DNA of 64,000 nucleotides, taken from Oscillospiraceae bacterium (GTDB lineage: Bacteria; Bacillota; Clostridia; Oscillospirales; CAG-272). A program made the translations under genes and the position numbers. The notes below the pieces were generated by a model that did no database searches, was not told where the DNA came from, and saw nothing but the letters and a program-made list of their open reading frames with translations. The stretch is taken from contig QAKK01000025.1 of assembly GCA_003343845.1 (NCBI GenBank), forward strand, positions 66,418 to 130,417. Direction: 5' to 3'. Within the stretch, counting starts at the first letter, position 1, and each line of letters starts with the position of its first letter. This document shows, piece after piece, positions 25,117 to 34,299 of this stretch.

Positions 25117-26403
25117 ATGAAAAACAACAAAATTATCGGTATTCTTGTATTGTTCTGCGTGATGACCGCCGTTTTGCTCGGCGGCTGCACGCAGACGCCG
25201 CAAAAGCCCGACATCCGGGAGGGGGCGGCGATCTCCCCGATCACCGCCGTCTTTTTTCCGGACGACTGCACGGATTTCACGGGAGCGAGACTTCCGACAG
25301 TGCAGGAACTCCGCGTATCCGAAGAAAACACGGCATACACCGCCGTTGACGGTGTGATTTTCACAAAAGATCTGGAGACACTGGTCGCATTTCCCGCAGG
25401 GCGGGACGGTACCTATGCCGTGCCGGACGGAACGAAAAAAATCGCCGCCGTCGCATTTGCAAACTGCCGCATCGAGGAGGTTTATATCCCCGACAGCGTT
25501 ACGGCAATCGGGAACAGAGCGTTCGACGGCTGTATGGCGCTGAAAGAAATTTCTTTTCCGACGGTATTTGCGGCGGACGGAAACATTCTGCCGCACTGCG
25601 CCGCGCTGCCCGAGTACATCATAGAGGGTCTGCGGGTGCATCATCGCGGCGAGCCGAACGAGATCAAGGATACGCTCGGGGACATTCTCCCAGAAATGTG
25701 TCCGTATCGCAGCCGTACATGCGCCAAAAACGGGCAGGGCAATCTCGGCAGAACGATCACCCTGTATCGGCTTCAGAAAAACCACCTTGACCTTTCCACC
25801 GGGGCGATCGCCGAAATCGTCTATACGATGCAAACGGCAGAGTATTTAATGAACGGCGGCGACATCGTGATTCCCGAGGGGTATAAAAGCTGGACCGTGA
25901 ATGATTTGCAGTATGCCCGTTTTCCCATTACATCCGTTACCTTTCCGAACAACGTGGGCGTGGGAAACATGATCCTGTTTATGTCGGACTTCGGAATCGA
26001 GGATTATCCGTTTTCGATGTACGACTACTATGTGAAAGCGGATAACCCCCGCTTTGTTTCGGTGGACGGCGTCATCTTCACCGCGGATCTGAAATCGCTT
26101 GTGGCATTCCCGATCGGAAGAACGGGACACTACGACATTCCGGACGGCACGGAAATCGTCGAATACGGCGCGTTTTTGGATACGCACTTAGAGTCCGTTT
26201 ACGTGCCGGACAGCGTTCGCCTTGTCGATGACCTCGGGCTCAACAGCCTGCATTTGAAGTCGCTTTCCCTGCCTGCGCATGCTGCCGACCCATCGGCTCG
26301 GTTTTTCGGCTACGCCGCCATTGCGGGTCTCAACACGGGCTCCGTTCCGGATGACCTGGTCATCACCTATCGCACTGCAGCATCCGAAACATCGCTGCGA
26401 TGA
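25117..26403 (+). CDS. BspA-type leucine-rich-repeat (LRR_5) lipoprotein
   Basis: Lipobox LLGGC. Repeats of the type AFANCRIEEVYIPDSVTAIGNRAFDGCMALKEISFP and YTAVDGVIFTKDLETLVAFP. Confidence 0.85.
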   Translation: MKNNKIIGILVLFCVMTAVLLGGCTQTPQKPDIREGAAISPITAVFFPDDCTDFTGARLPTVQELRVSEENTAYTAVDGVIFTKDLETLVAFPAGRDGTYAVPDGTKKIAAVAFANCRIEEVYIPDSVTAIGNRAFDGCMALKEISFPTVFAADGNILPHCAALPEYIIEGLRVHHRGEPNEIKDTLGDILPEMCPYRSRTCAKNGQGNLGRTITLYRLQKNHLDLSTGAIAEIVYTMQTAEYLMNGGDIVIPEGYKSWTVNDLQYARFPITSVTFPNNVGVGNMILFMSDFGIEDYPFSMYDYYVKADNPRFVSVDGVIFTADLKSLVAFPIGRTGHYDIPDGTEIVEYGAFLDTHLESVYVPDSVRLVDDLGLNSLHLKSLSLPAHAADPSARFFGYAAIAGLNTGSVPDDLVITYRTAASETSLR

Positions 26404-26579
26404 AACGTATTGCGCTTGGCGCTTGTGACGCGGCGGCATCGCTGACCGCAGACAAGCGAAAAGAACTGTTGACCGGGCATTCGGCGTTTTATCAGGACTG
26501 TGTCCTGCTCGGCATCACGCCCTATGAGACGCCCTATGAAAAACAGGTTGCCGACCTTGTAGCAAAGTCAAACGGATAG
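26400..26579 (+). CDS. possible 59-aa ORF translationally coupled (ATGA) to the LRR gene
   Basis: ATG 26400 overlaps TGA 26401-26403. The product is MKRIALGACDAAASLTADKRKELLTGHSAFYQDCVLLGITPYETPYEKQVADLVAKSNG. It is below the 60-aa cutoff of the ORF track and no homology was recognised. Confidence 0.3.
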   Translation: MKRIALGACDAAASLTADKRKELLTGHSAFYQDCVLLGITPYETPYEKQVADLVAKSNG

Positions 26580-26602
26580 CCCGGTTATGCCGCACACACA
26601 CA

Positions 26603-26632
26603 AAAAGCACCACCCTCGGGTGGTGCTTTTTG
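26603..26632. terminator. bidirectional intrinsic terminator
   Basis: AAAAAGCACCACCC-tc-GGGTGGTGCTTTTT between convergent genes. Confidence 0.8.
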
Positions 26633-26640
26633 TGTTCTGT

Positions 26641-29600
26641 TTACTTCTTGAAGTAAGCGAGGGCACTGTCCGCGTAGTGCATCAGTGCGTAGTATACCGT
26701 CTTCTCGGTATCCGATGCAGAAGCATCGCTCACGCGCTTTGCACCGTAGTACTCTGCGCCTGCTTCCAGCGTGTAGGTGGTGATCACGCGCTTCTGATTG
26801 CCCGTGCCGTAGTTCTCGTAGATGTTGATCTCGAGCATCTGTCTCAGGTTCTTTGCATCGATCCCGTTGACGTTCAGCACAGGTCTCTTCGCTGCCGTGT
26901 CATATGCCCATTCGCTGCCCGGCAGTACCACCGTCTTCTTCTCGCCCGTCACTGCATCCGTGAACGTATACACTGCCGTATATGCCGAAAAGTCCGTCTG
27001 CGATGCGTTTGCCGGTCTCGCCTTCAGCACGATGTTCACCTTGTCCTGCAGCTCAAACGCGATGGTCATTCCCGCGAAGACTGCCGTCTCATCGGCGTCA
27101 AGCGCACCCTTCAGAACTGTCTGGTTGCTGACGACCGTATCACCCGAGAAGTCTGCAATGACATCCCGCTTCAGCGAAGCGTCCAGGTTGGCATTGACCG
27201 GGTTCTCCAGGTTATAGTCGAAGAATCGCTGTGCCGCCGCGCCGTAGTTCAGCACTGCCGCATAGAATGCGCGCTCGGCGGTCGAAATACCGCTCTTATG
27301 CAGCTGGTTGTACAAGTACGTGTGGATACCGTAGTCCACCGTTCTCGTCTCCACGCTGCCGTCTGCAAGGATACCGTAGCAGTTGATCTTGATTGCATTG
27401 TTCATGCACTTTGCAGAAATGCCGCTGAACACATACTGATACTTCGTCGTATCGCTCACGGACAGCTTATCCGTCAGCACCAGTCTCGTTGCGGCAAAGT
27501 CGCTGCTGCCTTCGAGCAGGGTCTTGCCGTCTGTGCCGCAGAGCTCAAGCACGACATAGTAGTCCTTGTATCTTGCGTCGATACTTGTCTTGGTGGAGCC
27601 GACCAGCAGCTCGATTGCAGACTCCATCTGCAATGCCGCCGATACGGGAATCTCGCTTCTCGTGACCGCCGTCATGGCATTGGGGCGGACGATCGCCTTC
27701 ATGCCCTGTGCCGGCGTATACGGGATGATGCTGTCCTCGACGATCTTGCCGTCCGCGCGGACATATCTGCCCGTGACATCCAGCGTATAGTCGCCCGCAA
27801 TGGTGATGCCGCTGAAGTTACCTGCAAGGTAGACCGTCGTCTTCGGCGTGACCGTCTCGGTTACGCCTTCTTCCACGTCAATGGTCTCCAGTGCCTTGGC
27901 TGCGTCAAACGCCGCCTGCACCGTCTTATACCCGACCTCGCCGATGTATGCGACATAAACCTCGGGTTCGGGCAGAGGATCGATGTCGCGGGTCTCGGTC
28001 TTCTTGCAGACCGCGCAGGTGCGGGTCTCTTCGCCCTTCACGCCGACCTGTGCAGGCGTGGTAACGATCCATTCACCGAAGGTGTGCTTGCCGGTTGCGG
28101 GGATCTTCTGCGTATAGCTGTCGCCGCAATCGCACTTGAACAGCTTTTCGCCGTCCTCACCGCAGTTTGCTTCCTTTGTGATCGTCTCGACGTACTTGTG
28201 CTCGTGTGCCGATGCCGACCAGGTATAGCCGATGCCGTCTGCTTGCAGAGCTTTCGCATCGTCGTCCAAAACTTCGAGCAGCTCGATCGTGAAATCTGCC
28301 GTCTCCGCGTCAAAGCCTTCTGCCACCGTGTAGGTCAGTGCGAGAATGTTATTTTTATCGAAGGATGCCAGGGTCTGCTCGTCAAAGTTGAGCAGGACCA
28401 TGGAGTCTGTGCCTGCGCCGAAGCTGAGGCCGCTCGGCGCTGAAGCGTCCGCGTCCGGAATCTCGGCAAGCGTGGTCGAAGCCGAAACGTAGGTAAGACC
28501 TGCGGGGACAACGACTCTGAAGCGAAGCCCCTTGAGCGCCTCAGTTGCAGCCAGCGAAACCGTAACGGTCGCCGTGCCGTTCGCGATTCTGACCGACTCG
28601 ATTCTGAGCGTGATCGGCGCGGTCAACGTCTCTGCCGTCTCATCGCAGACGACGCACTTGTAGCCGTCCTCGGTGGGGAGCCACTGATGGTATTCGCATG
28701 TATGCCGAATGGTCTCGGTCTCCGCATAGCCGCACTTTTTGCAGGTGCGGACCTTCTCGCCGTCCTTGGTTGCGGTTGCAGGTTTGACAACCTTCCACTC
28801 GCCGAATTCGTGCTTGCAGCTTGCCTGGTCAACCTCGCCGCACGCGGTGCAGGCGCCGTCAACAAAATTGTGCTTGTGGAAAACGCGCAGCTCCGCACCG
28901 GCAGTGGTGATCATCCATGTGTCGGATGCAGCGGCAAGCTCGGGGAAGAGCGCCTTGTTTTCGTCTATCGTCGAAGCGGGCGTCACGATTGTTTCGGTGA
29001 CATTGCGAACTTCCTCTGTCACTTCCACCGCTTTTGTGCTGTAGAAGGCGGATGCAAGAGGCGCCGCTTTCGCTGCGTTGGCGCCAACGACTGCACCGAC
29101 GTATTGCGAACCTGCACCGAACGTAACATCGCCCGCGTTATACAGGCGGGAGAGCTTATGCGCCACGTCGGCACCGTTAGCAGCGCCGATAACACCGCCA
29201 ACCGAGCCGGTCACGGAATAAACCGAGCCCTCGTTGAAGGCATCCGACAAGGACGCAGTCGTTTTGTAAGAACGATAATAGCCTACAATACCGCCGGCAT
29301 ACTTACCGCCTTCGGTTCTGATTGTACCCTTGTTATAAATCACACTGATGCTGACATCAGCGCCTGCATTGTTGGTAAACAGACCTGCCATACCACCTGC
29401 ATGACCGCCGTGCATCGAAGAGCCGTCTTCGCCGGTTGTCGTAATATCGCCGTAGTTTGCAAATCCCGTGATGACGGTTTCACCCACGGTGGAAGCCTTG
29501 CCCGACTCGTAGCGTCCGACAAGACCGCCTGCCATACACCGACCCGAGACCTTGCCGTAGTTCGCGCAATCGGTAATCTCCAGCGGGGAATTGCCGGTCT

Positions 29601-30222
29601 TGTACAGACGACCGAAGAAGCCGCCGATATGTACACCTGCCGAGGAGGAAATCTCGCCGTAGTTCTTGCAGTTCCGGACGATCAGCGACGAGTTCGCCTT
29701 CGTCAGATCGACGGATCCGACAAAACCAGCCGAACGATCCTTACCGGAAACGTGAATCCGGTTCACGCAGTTCTCGATCGTAAGCGGGACAATGCCATAA
29801 CCGATGAGACCGCCGACAGCAGCCGCGGTACCCTTGACATTACCGTTTACGGTCAGATTTCGGATCGTCGCCCCCTGCACTTTGCCAAAGAAGCCGGTCA
29901 TGCTGCCTCCGGACAGATCGATACCGCTGACGGTATGTCCCTGTCCGTCAAAGGTACCGGTGAACGCCGTCGTGGAATTGCCGATCGGCGCCTGCGCCTT
30001 CGTACCCGTGTACGTTGCAAGATCGATGTCCGCCGTCAGAACAATCGTCTTGCTCCAGTTGGCGGCGTTTTCCGGATCCATCAGCTGTTCAACAAGCTGA
30101 TCCGCCGTGCTGATTTCAATATCCGCCGTGATTGCGTCCGCCGCGGACGTTCCCACAACAAACGGGAACGCGCCGAGCAGCAAGCACAGCGTCAGAATCA
30201 GGCTCAGAATCTTCTTTTTCAT
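26641..30222 (-). CDS. large secreted protein (1193 aa): GLUG-motif repeat region, Cys-rich CxxCG modules, cohesin-like beta-sandwich, unknown C-terminal region
   Basis: Signal peptide MKKKILSLILTLCLLLGAFPFVVGTSAA. Recurrent GGLIGY/AGFVGS/IGGFFGR/AGGLVGR/AGGMAGL/AGGIVGY motifs. Also HKHNFVDGACTACG and RTCKKCGY. GGAGAGAG RBS before ATG 30222. Confidence 0.85.
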   Translation of the reverse strand: MKKKILSLILTLCLLLGAFPFVVGTSAADAITADIEISTADQLVEQLMDPENAANWSKTIVLTADIDLATYTGTKAQAPIGNSTTAFTGTFDGQGHTVSGIDLSGGSMTGFFGKVQGATIRNLTVNGNVKGTAAAVGGLIGYGIVPLTIENCVNRIHVSGKDRSAGFVGSVDLTKANSSLIVRNCKNYGEISSSAGVHIGGFFGRLYKTGNSPLEITDCANYGKVSGRCMAGGLVGRYESGKASTVGETVITGFANYGDITTTGEDGSSMHGGHAGGMAGLFTNNAGADVSISVIYNKGTIRTEGGKYAGGIVGYYRSYKTTASLSDAFNEGSVYSVTGSVGGVIGAANGADVAHKLSRLYNAGDVTFGAGSQYVGAVVGANAAKAAPLASAFYSTKAVEVTEEVRNVTETIVTPASTIDENKALFPELAAASDTWMITTAGAELRVFHKHNFVDGACTACGEVDQASCKHEFGEWKVVKPATATKDGEKVRTCKKCGYAETETIRHTCEYHQWLPTEDGYKCVVCDETAETLTAPITLRIESVRIANGTATVTVSLAATEALKGLRFRVVVPAGLTYVSASTTLAEIPDADASAPSGLSFGAGTDSMVLLNFDEQTLASFDKNNILALTYTVAEGFDAETADFTIELLEVLDDDAKALQADGIGYTWSASAHEHKYVETITKEANCGEDGEKLFKCDCGDSYTQKIPATGKHTFGEWIVTTPAQVGVKGEETRTCAVCKKTETRDIDPLPEPEVYVAYIGEVGYKTVQAAFDAAKALETIDVEEGVTETVTPKTTVYLAGNFSGITIAGDYTLDVTGRYVRADGKIVEDSIIPYTPAQGMKAIVRPNAMTAVTRSEIPVSAALQMESAIELLVGSTKTSIDARYKDYYVVLELCGTDGKTLLEGSSDFAATRLVLTDKLSVSDTTKYQYVFSGISAKCMNNAIKINCYGILADGSVETRTVDYGIHTYLYNQLHKSGISTAERAFYAAVLNYGAAAQRFFDYNLENPVNANLDASLKRDVIADFSGDTVVSNQTVLKGALDADETAVFAGMTIAFELQDKVNIVLKARPANASQTDFSAYTAVYTFTDAVTGEKKTVVLPGSEWAYDTAAKRPVLNVNGIDAKNLRQMLEINIYENYGTGNQKRVITTYTLEAGAEYYGAKRVSDASASDTEKTVYYALMHYADSALAYFKK

Positions 30223-30290
30223 AGCTCTCTCCTTCGAAATATTTGCCCAAACACACATTTTCAGCACAATAAGGGCATTTTCTGTATCTC

Positions 30291-30319
30291 ATTATACATC
30301 TCCCCCCAAATGAAGTCAA
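30291..30319 (-). promoter_or_regulatory. promoter TTGACT-17-TATAAT of the GLUG-protein gene
   Basis: Minus strand TTGACT at 30319-30314 and TATAAT at 30296-30291. Confidence 0.6.
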
Positions 30320-30759
30320 GGGAGGAGATTTGGGCGCTTTGACATCTTTGAAAAAGTGACGATTTTGTATTTTTGTGCAACATGAATAATTGTTCGTGGC
30401 AATTTCGCAAAATTTCGGCATTGTTTTTTGGACGAGATACACAAATCCAGTCAATTTCAAGTCAAACTTTCAAAACAGTCCGAAAAAATTTGTGGCGCTG
30501 TGCAAGGGGGAATTTCTCCGTTCTGCACAAAAAGGAAACATTTGTTTCACGGATGTGAACTTCTTGCACCGAAAAGCGGGGGGAGCTTGGCTCTCTGCAA
30601 GACTCCTTCCGTCGGCTCCGCCGACACCTCCTAAGTGAGGGAGGTAAATGTCAGGGCGGTACGGGGGAGAGTCGGCGTATTCTTAGGCTTTCATTGGGGG
30701 AAAGCTGCACGTTTCTAAGGCTTCCCTTGGGGGAAGGCTTGGAGGCGCAAGGGCGCAAA

Positions 30760-30795
30760 AAAAGAAGAGAGCCGAAGCTCTCTTCTCTTTTTGCT
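30760..30795 (-). terminator. intrinsic terminator of the first S-layer-type gene
   Basis: Minus strand AGAAGAGAGC-ttcg-GCTCTCTTCT followed by T7. Confidence 0.8.
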
Positions 30796-30806
30796 TTGGG
30801 ATTGGA

Positions 30807-33800
30807 TTACTTGGTGATAACTCTGAAGACGATCGTCGTAGCAACGCCCGAAGCCTCAGTCTTAGCACCGTAGTAGTGAACGTTTACAGTTACAGGAGCC
30901 GTGCCGTCATCAACTGCAGGAATCGTAACTGTCTCGTTCCGGAAGTCAACCATCATCTGGTTGAGAACACCCTCGGTCTCAGCCGTAATGTCTTCAACGA
31001 CATCACCGTTGATCGGGAATGCAAGGTCGCCCTTATCGGTCTCAGCAGCATAGTCATACTTCTTGCCGATCGCTTCCGTGTACTTGACACCTGCGAGGTA
31101 AGCAGCACTGTAGTCATAGTCCGCAGTGTCGATATCGGTCAGATCCAGCGTGATAACCTTTGCCTTGAGGTAGGTTGCATTTGCATTCTCGGTACCGCCG
31201 AAGCCGACGAACTCGCCGTTCATAACAAGGTGGTCGAAGCAGATTGCATTGCCGTCCTTACCGCTATGGTTCTTCTTACCATCGCAGAGATCCATGCTCG
31301 TCTTGATACCTGCAACGAGTGCCTTGTAAATATCAAGCGTGGTGCCGAGCTTGGTGTAGTTGCCGACTGCAGCGAACACATTCTTTGCATCTCTCTTGAG
31401 AACGGTGCCTGCCGCATTAGCAAGCAGCTTCAGATTAGCATCGGTATACTCGATCGTCTGATCTGCAGCCGTCTTCAGGGTCTTCAGGTCAAAGAGATCC
31501 TTGACCACGAGAACGAACTTGCCGTCTGCATTCTCTTCGATATCATAGGTGGTGTTGGGCATCACCATGAAGTAGTTTGCCGTCGTGGTTGCGCTCTTGC
31601 CGCTCCAGGTCTCAAGGTTGTCCTTGTTGCTCTTGTCCAGAACGAACACGAACAGATCGGAGCTTGCAGCGTAGAAGGTAGCCGCCGTACCAACGAACTT
31701 ATTGTTGTCACCCAGAGGCGAGTAAGCGCCGACTCTGGTTGCAACAACACCGGTATCACCGCCGATGGCGATGAAGCGCGTGGTGTCGGTGTAGGTCTTA
31801 CGCTGCTTCTTATCTGCAGCCATGATTGCTGCATCATCATCCAGCGAGATCTCGTAGATGTAGCTGGTAACCTTTGCAGCGGAGGTCAGCGTGATACCGT
31901 TTTCGCCGCGACCGGAAGCAACGACCTTGCTGCCGCCCTGCATCTTGTCAGCGACAACCATTGCGCCGTCCTTCTCAGAAACGACTGCAACGATGTGATC
32001 CTGGGTATCCAGAACTGCCTTAGCAGCTGCGAAAGCAGCTTCCTTGACAGGATCAAGCGTCAGACCCATATCCTTGAACGAAGCCATGGATGCAACATCG
32101 GTGGTCACGTTGAAGACTTCCTTCGTTGCGTCGTAATCCGAAGCAACGCCGGAGATGTAGCCGACTTCCCACTTACCGGTGGTCTTGTCGAGGACTGCAA
32201 CAGCAGCGCCCTTGTCTGCAACATAGACGCCTGCCTTGAGCGCTGCATTGTACTGGTCCTTCGTCAGATCCAGAACAGATGCAACCGTCTCGGCATCGGT
32301 CGAAATGATTGCATAGTCATAGCCTTCGCTCGCAGAGGTGGAATCCTTGGAAATGGGAGACATCTTTACGATCTTGCCGTCGATCGCAAGGAACTTAACG
32401 TTGTCCTTGCCGACTTCAAGCTTGCCGATGTAATCCTTCTTGATGTCCGCAGGCTTTACAGCTACAGCCATCTTGTAGGTGGTGCCGCTGATCTTAACGG
32501 TCTCACCGTTGGAAGCAACGGAGGTCAGACGACCGGTCTGGAAGTTGCCGCAGTTGAGGGCAACCGTCAGAATGTTGTCTGCATCGTTGTATGCATAGTA
32601 CACGAAATCGCCGGACTTGACGGTTTCGCCCTCAACGGTTACAGCCTTTGCAGCCTCGCCGTTCTTTCTGGAGACGGCAGCGGTCTTGTCGGTGATGGTT
32701 GCGTTGGAGCCAAACAGCTTGTAGGTCTCGCCGTAGTTTGCAGAGTATGCAGCGAAATCAGCATTCTTGCTGGTGGTGGCATCCTTCGTGTTGAATACCT
32801 TGTACTGACCAAGTACATAGGGCGTGTAGAGAAGCTCTACGACGTCATAGGTCTTGTTGGCGGAAGTATCCGTGTAGCCGTCCTCGATCACGCGGTAAGC
32901 AACCTTGCCGTAGGTGTTGGCGCCGTCTACATCGTAGCCCTTCTTTGCGTCATAGTGGAAGTTCTTCAGGAACTCGTTGTTTTCCGCGCTCGTTGCCGAA
33001 GACCATGCATCGGCAAAGCTCTTGTCGGTGTCGAAGAGCTTCAGATCGAACACGTACTTATCAAGCGAGAACTTCGCGCCGTTCAGCGTCAGAGCCTTGC
33101 TGTCGACTCTGATGTTGCCTGCCTTGCCGAGGTTCTCAACCGTGGTGTAGGTCTCGTAATCGGCATAGACGACATTTGCCTTGGACTCAGCGGGATCAAC
33201 ATTGTACTTGCCTTCGAAATCTTCTGTAGCGCAGTCGATCAGCAGGCTTACGGGCAGACCCATGTAAGAGATCTTCGGGGTCTTCGCGGTGATGCCGAGG
33301 TCAGCTGCGTTGATCTCCAGACCGCCCTCAAGCGTAACAACGTCAAAGTCGTTGTTCTTGTCAGCAGCCTTGAAGTCGACAATTACGGACTCGATCTTGC
33401 CCGAAGCGTAGCCGGACTGCTCCAGCAGCGTCTTGCGCGGGATCTTTTTGCCGTCCTTGCCGATGAGCGCGTCCGTCAGACCGGTATCATCGGGGTACAG
33501 GATCTTGTCGCTGAGCGGGTCAACAACTGCAACCTTCGTGTTGAGCATATCCCAGATGATCTGAGAGGTCTCGCCGCGGGTCAGAGCAGCCTTGAAGTCA
33601 ACCTTCTCAACATTGTCGGTGAGGTTCAGCTTCTTTGCAGCGAGGATATAGCCGTAGGGGTACTTCATGTCAGCGGTCTCATAACCGAGGGCACGAACTG
33701 CCATAACGAGCATATCCTGATAGGTGATCGCGTCATCGGGTCCGAAGACACCGTTGCCGCGGCCGGCAACGATGCCGGCGCCCTGAACGTAGTCAATAGC

Positions 33801-34100
33801 CGTACCGTAAGCGGTGACGTCCTTGAATACGGTGCTCGTCTTTTCTGCGTTCCAGACTTCAACGCGGGTCTCGCCCGAGAGAGTCTGAGCAAAGAAGAGA
33901 GCTGCCTGATAACGGGTAACGCCGTTCTCAAGCATGAGATTGCCCTTCTCATCGCCCTTCATGATCTTGAGGGCAACGAGGTGCTGTGCAGCTTCGGTAT
34001 AATCAGCCTTGCTGTCAGCAGCACCGGTCGTAATGACTGCTGCGCTCAGGATCATGAGCGTTGCCATTACGAGGGCGAGAAACTTCTTGAAATTTCTCAT
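30807..34100 (-). CDS. S-layer-type protein with three N-terminal SLH motifs (1097 aa), paralog A
   Basis: Signal peptide MRNFKKFLALVMATLMILSAAVITTGA. SLH-like segments (AAQHLVALKIMKGDEKGN..VTRYQAALFF; FKDVTAYGTAIDYVQGAGIVAGRG..ITYQDMLVMAVRAL; YGYILAAKKLNL..LTRGETSQIIWDML). AAAGGAGAAAA RBS. Ala/Thr/Lys/Asp-rich. Confidence 0.9.
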   Translation of the reverse strand: MRNFKKFLALVMATLMILSAAVITTGAADSKADYTEAAQHLVALKIMKGDEKGNLMLENGVTRYQAALFFAQTLSGETRVEVWNAEKTSTVFKDVTAYGTAIDYVQGAGIVAGRGNGVFGPDDAITYQDMLVMAVRALGYETADMKYPYGYILAAKKLNLTDNVEKVDFKAALTRGETSQIIWDMLNTKVAVVDPLSDKILYPDDTGLTDALIGKDGKKIPRKTLLEQSGYASGKIESVIVDFKAADKNNDFDVVTLEGGLEINAADLGITAKTPKISYMGLPVSLLIDCATEDFEGKYNVDPAESKANVVYADYETYTTVENLGKAGNIRVDSKALTLNGAKFSLDKYVFDLKLFDTDKSFADAWSSATSAENNEFLKNFHYDAKKGYDVDGANTYGKVAYRVIEDGYTDTSANKTYDVVELLYTPYVLGQYKVFNTKDATTSKNADFAAYSANYGETYKLFGSNATITDKTAAVSRKNGEAAKAVTVEGETVKSGDFVYYAYNDADNILTVALNCGNFQTGRLTSVASNGETVKISGTTYKMAVAVKPADIKKDYIGKLEVGKDNVKFLAIDGKIVKMSPISKDSTSASEGYDYAIISTDAETVASVLDLTKDQYNAALKAGVYVADKGAAVAVLDKTTGKWEVGYISGVASDYDATKEVFNVTTDVASMASFKDMGLTLDPVKEAAFAAAKAVLDTQDHIVAVVSEKDGAMVVADKMQGGSKVVASGRGENGITLTSAAKVTSYIYEISLDDDAAIMAADKKQRKTYTDTTRFIAIGGDTGVVATRVGAYSPLGDNNKFVGTAATFYAASSDLFVFVLDKSNKDNLETWSGKSATTTANYFMVMPNTTYDIEENADGKFVLVVKDLFDLKTLKTAADQTIEYTDANLKLLANAAGTVLKRDAKNVFAAVGNYTKLGTTLDIYKALVAGIKTSMDLCDGKKNHSGKDGNAICFDHLVMNGEFVGFGGTENANATYLKAKVITLDLTDIDTADYDYSAAYLAGVKYTEAIGKKYDYAAETDKGDLAFPINGDVVEDITAETEGVLNQMMVDFRNETVTIPAVDDGTAPVTVNVHYYGAKTEASGVATTIVFRVITK

Positions 34101-34169
34101 TGTTTTTTCTCCTTTACGAATTTTTTTGGATACCGCCGCACCTGTCGGTATCGGTTTTATCCTGATGTT

Positions 34170-34198
34170 ATCTTAAGCCATGCCGATTTTTTTTGCAA
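34170..34198 (-). promoter_or_regulatory. promoter TTGCAA-17-TAAGAT of paralog A, with an A8 tract starting in the -35
   Basis: Minus strand TTGCAAAAAAAATCGGCATGGCTTAAGAT. The -35 is at 34198-34193 and the -10 at 34175-34170. There is a T8 run on the plus strand at 34187-34194. Confidence 0.55.
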
Positions 34199-34299
34199 TA
34201 GGTTTTGCCAAGATGTAACGAAACTGTAATAATAAACCCTATTTAGAAATGTTTCGGGCGGTTTTTTGTCAGAATGGTGACAGAATGGAGGGGGAGGGG

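Noticed and set aside
30876-34229. 1117-aa ORF antisense to S-layer paralog A, surprising because this gene is only ~52-57% GC.
   Set aside because: It is exactly codon-aligned with the sense gene. It stays open because the sense gene uses no TTA, CTA or TCA codons across the region it covers, a codon-bias effect. The translation is not protein-like and has no start context. It is recorded as evidence of codon bias, not as a gene.
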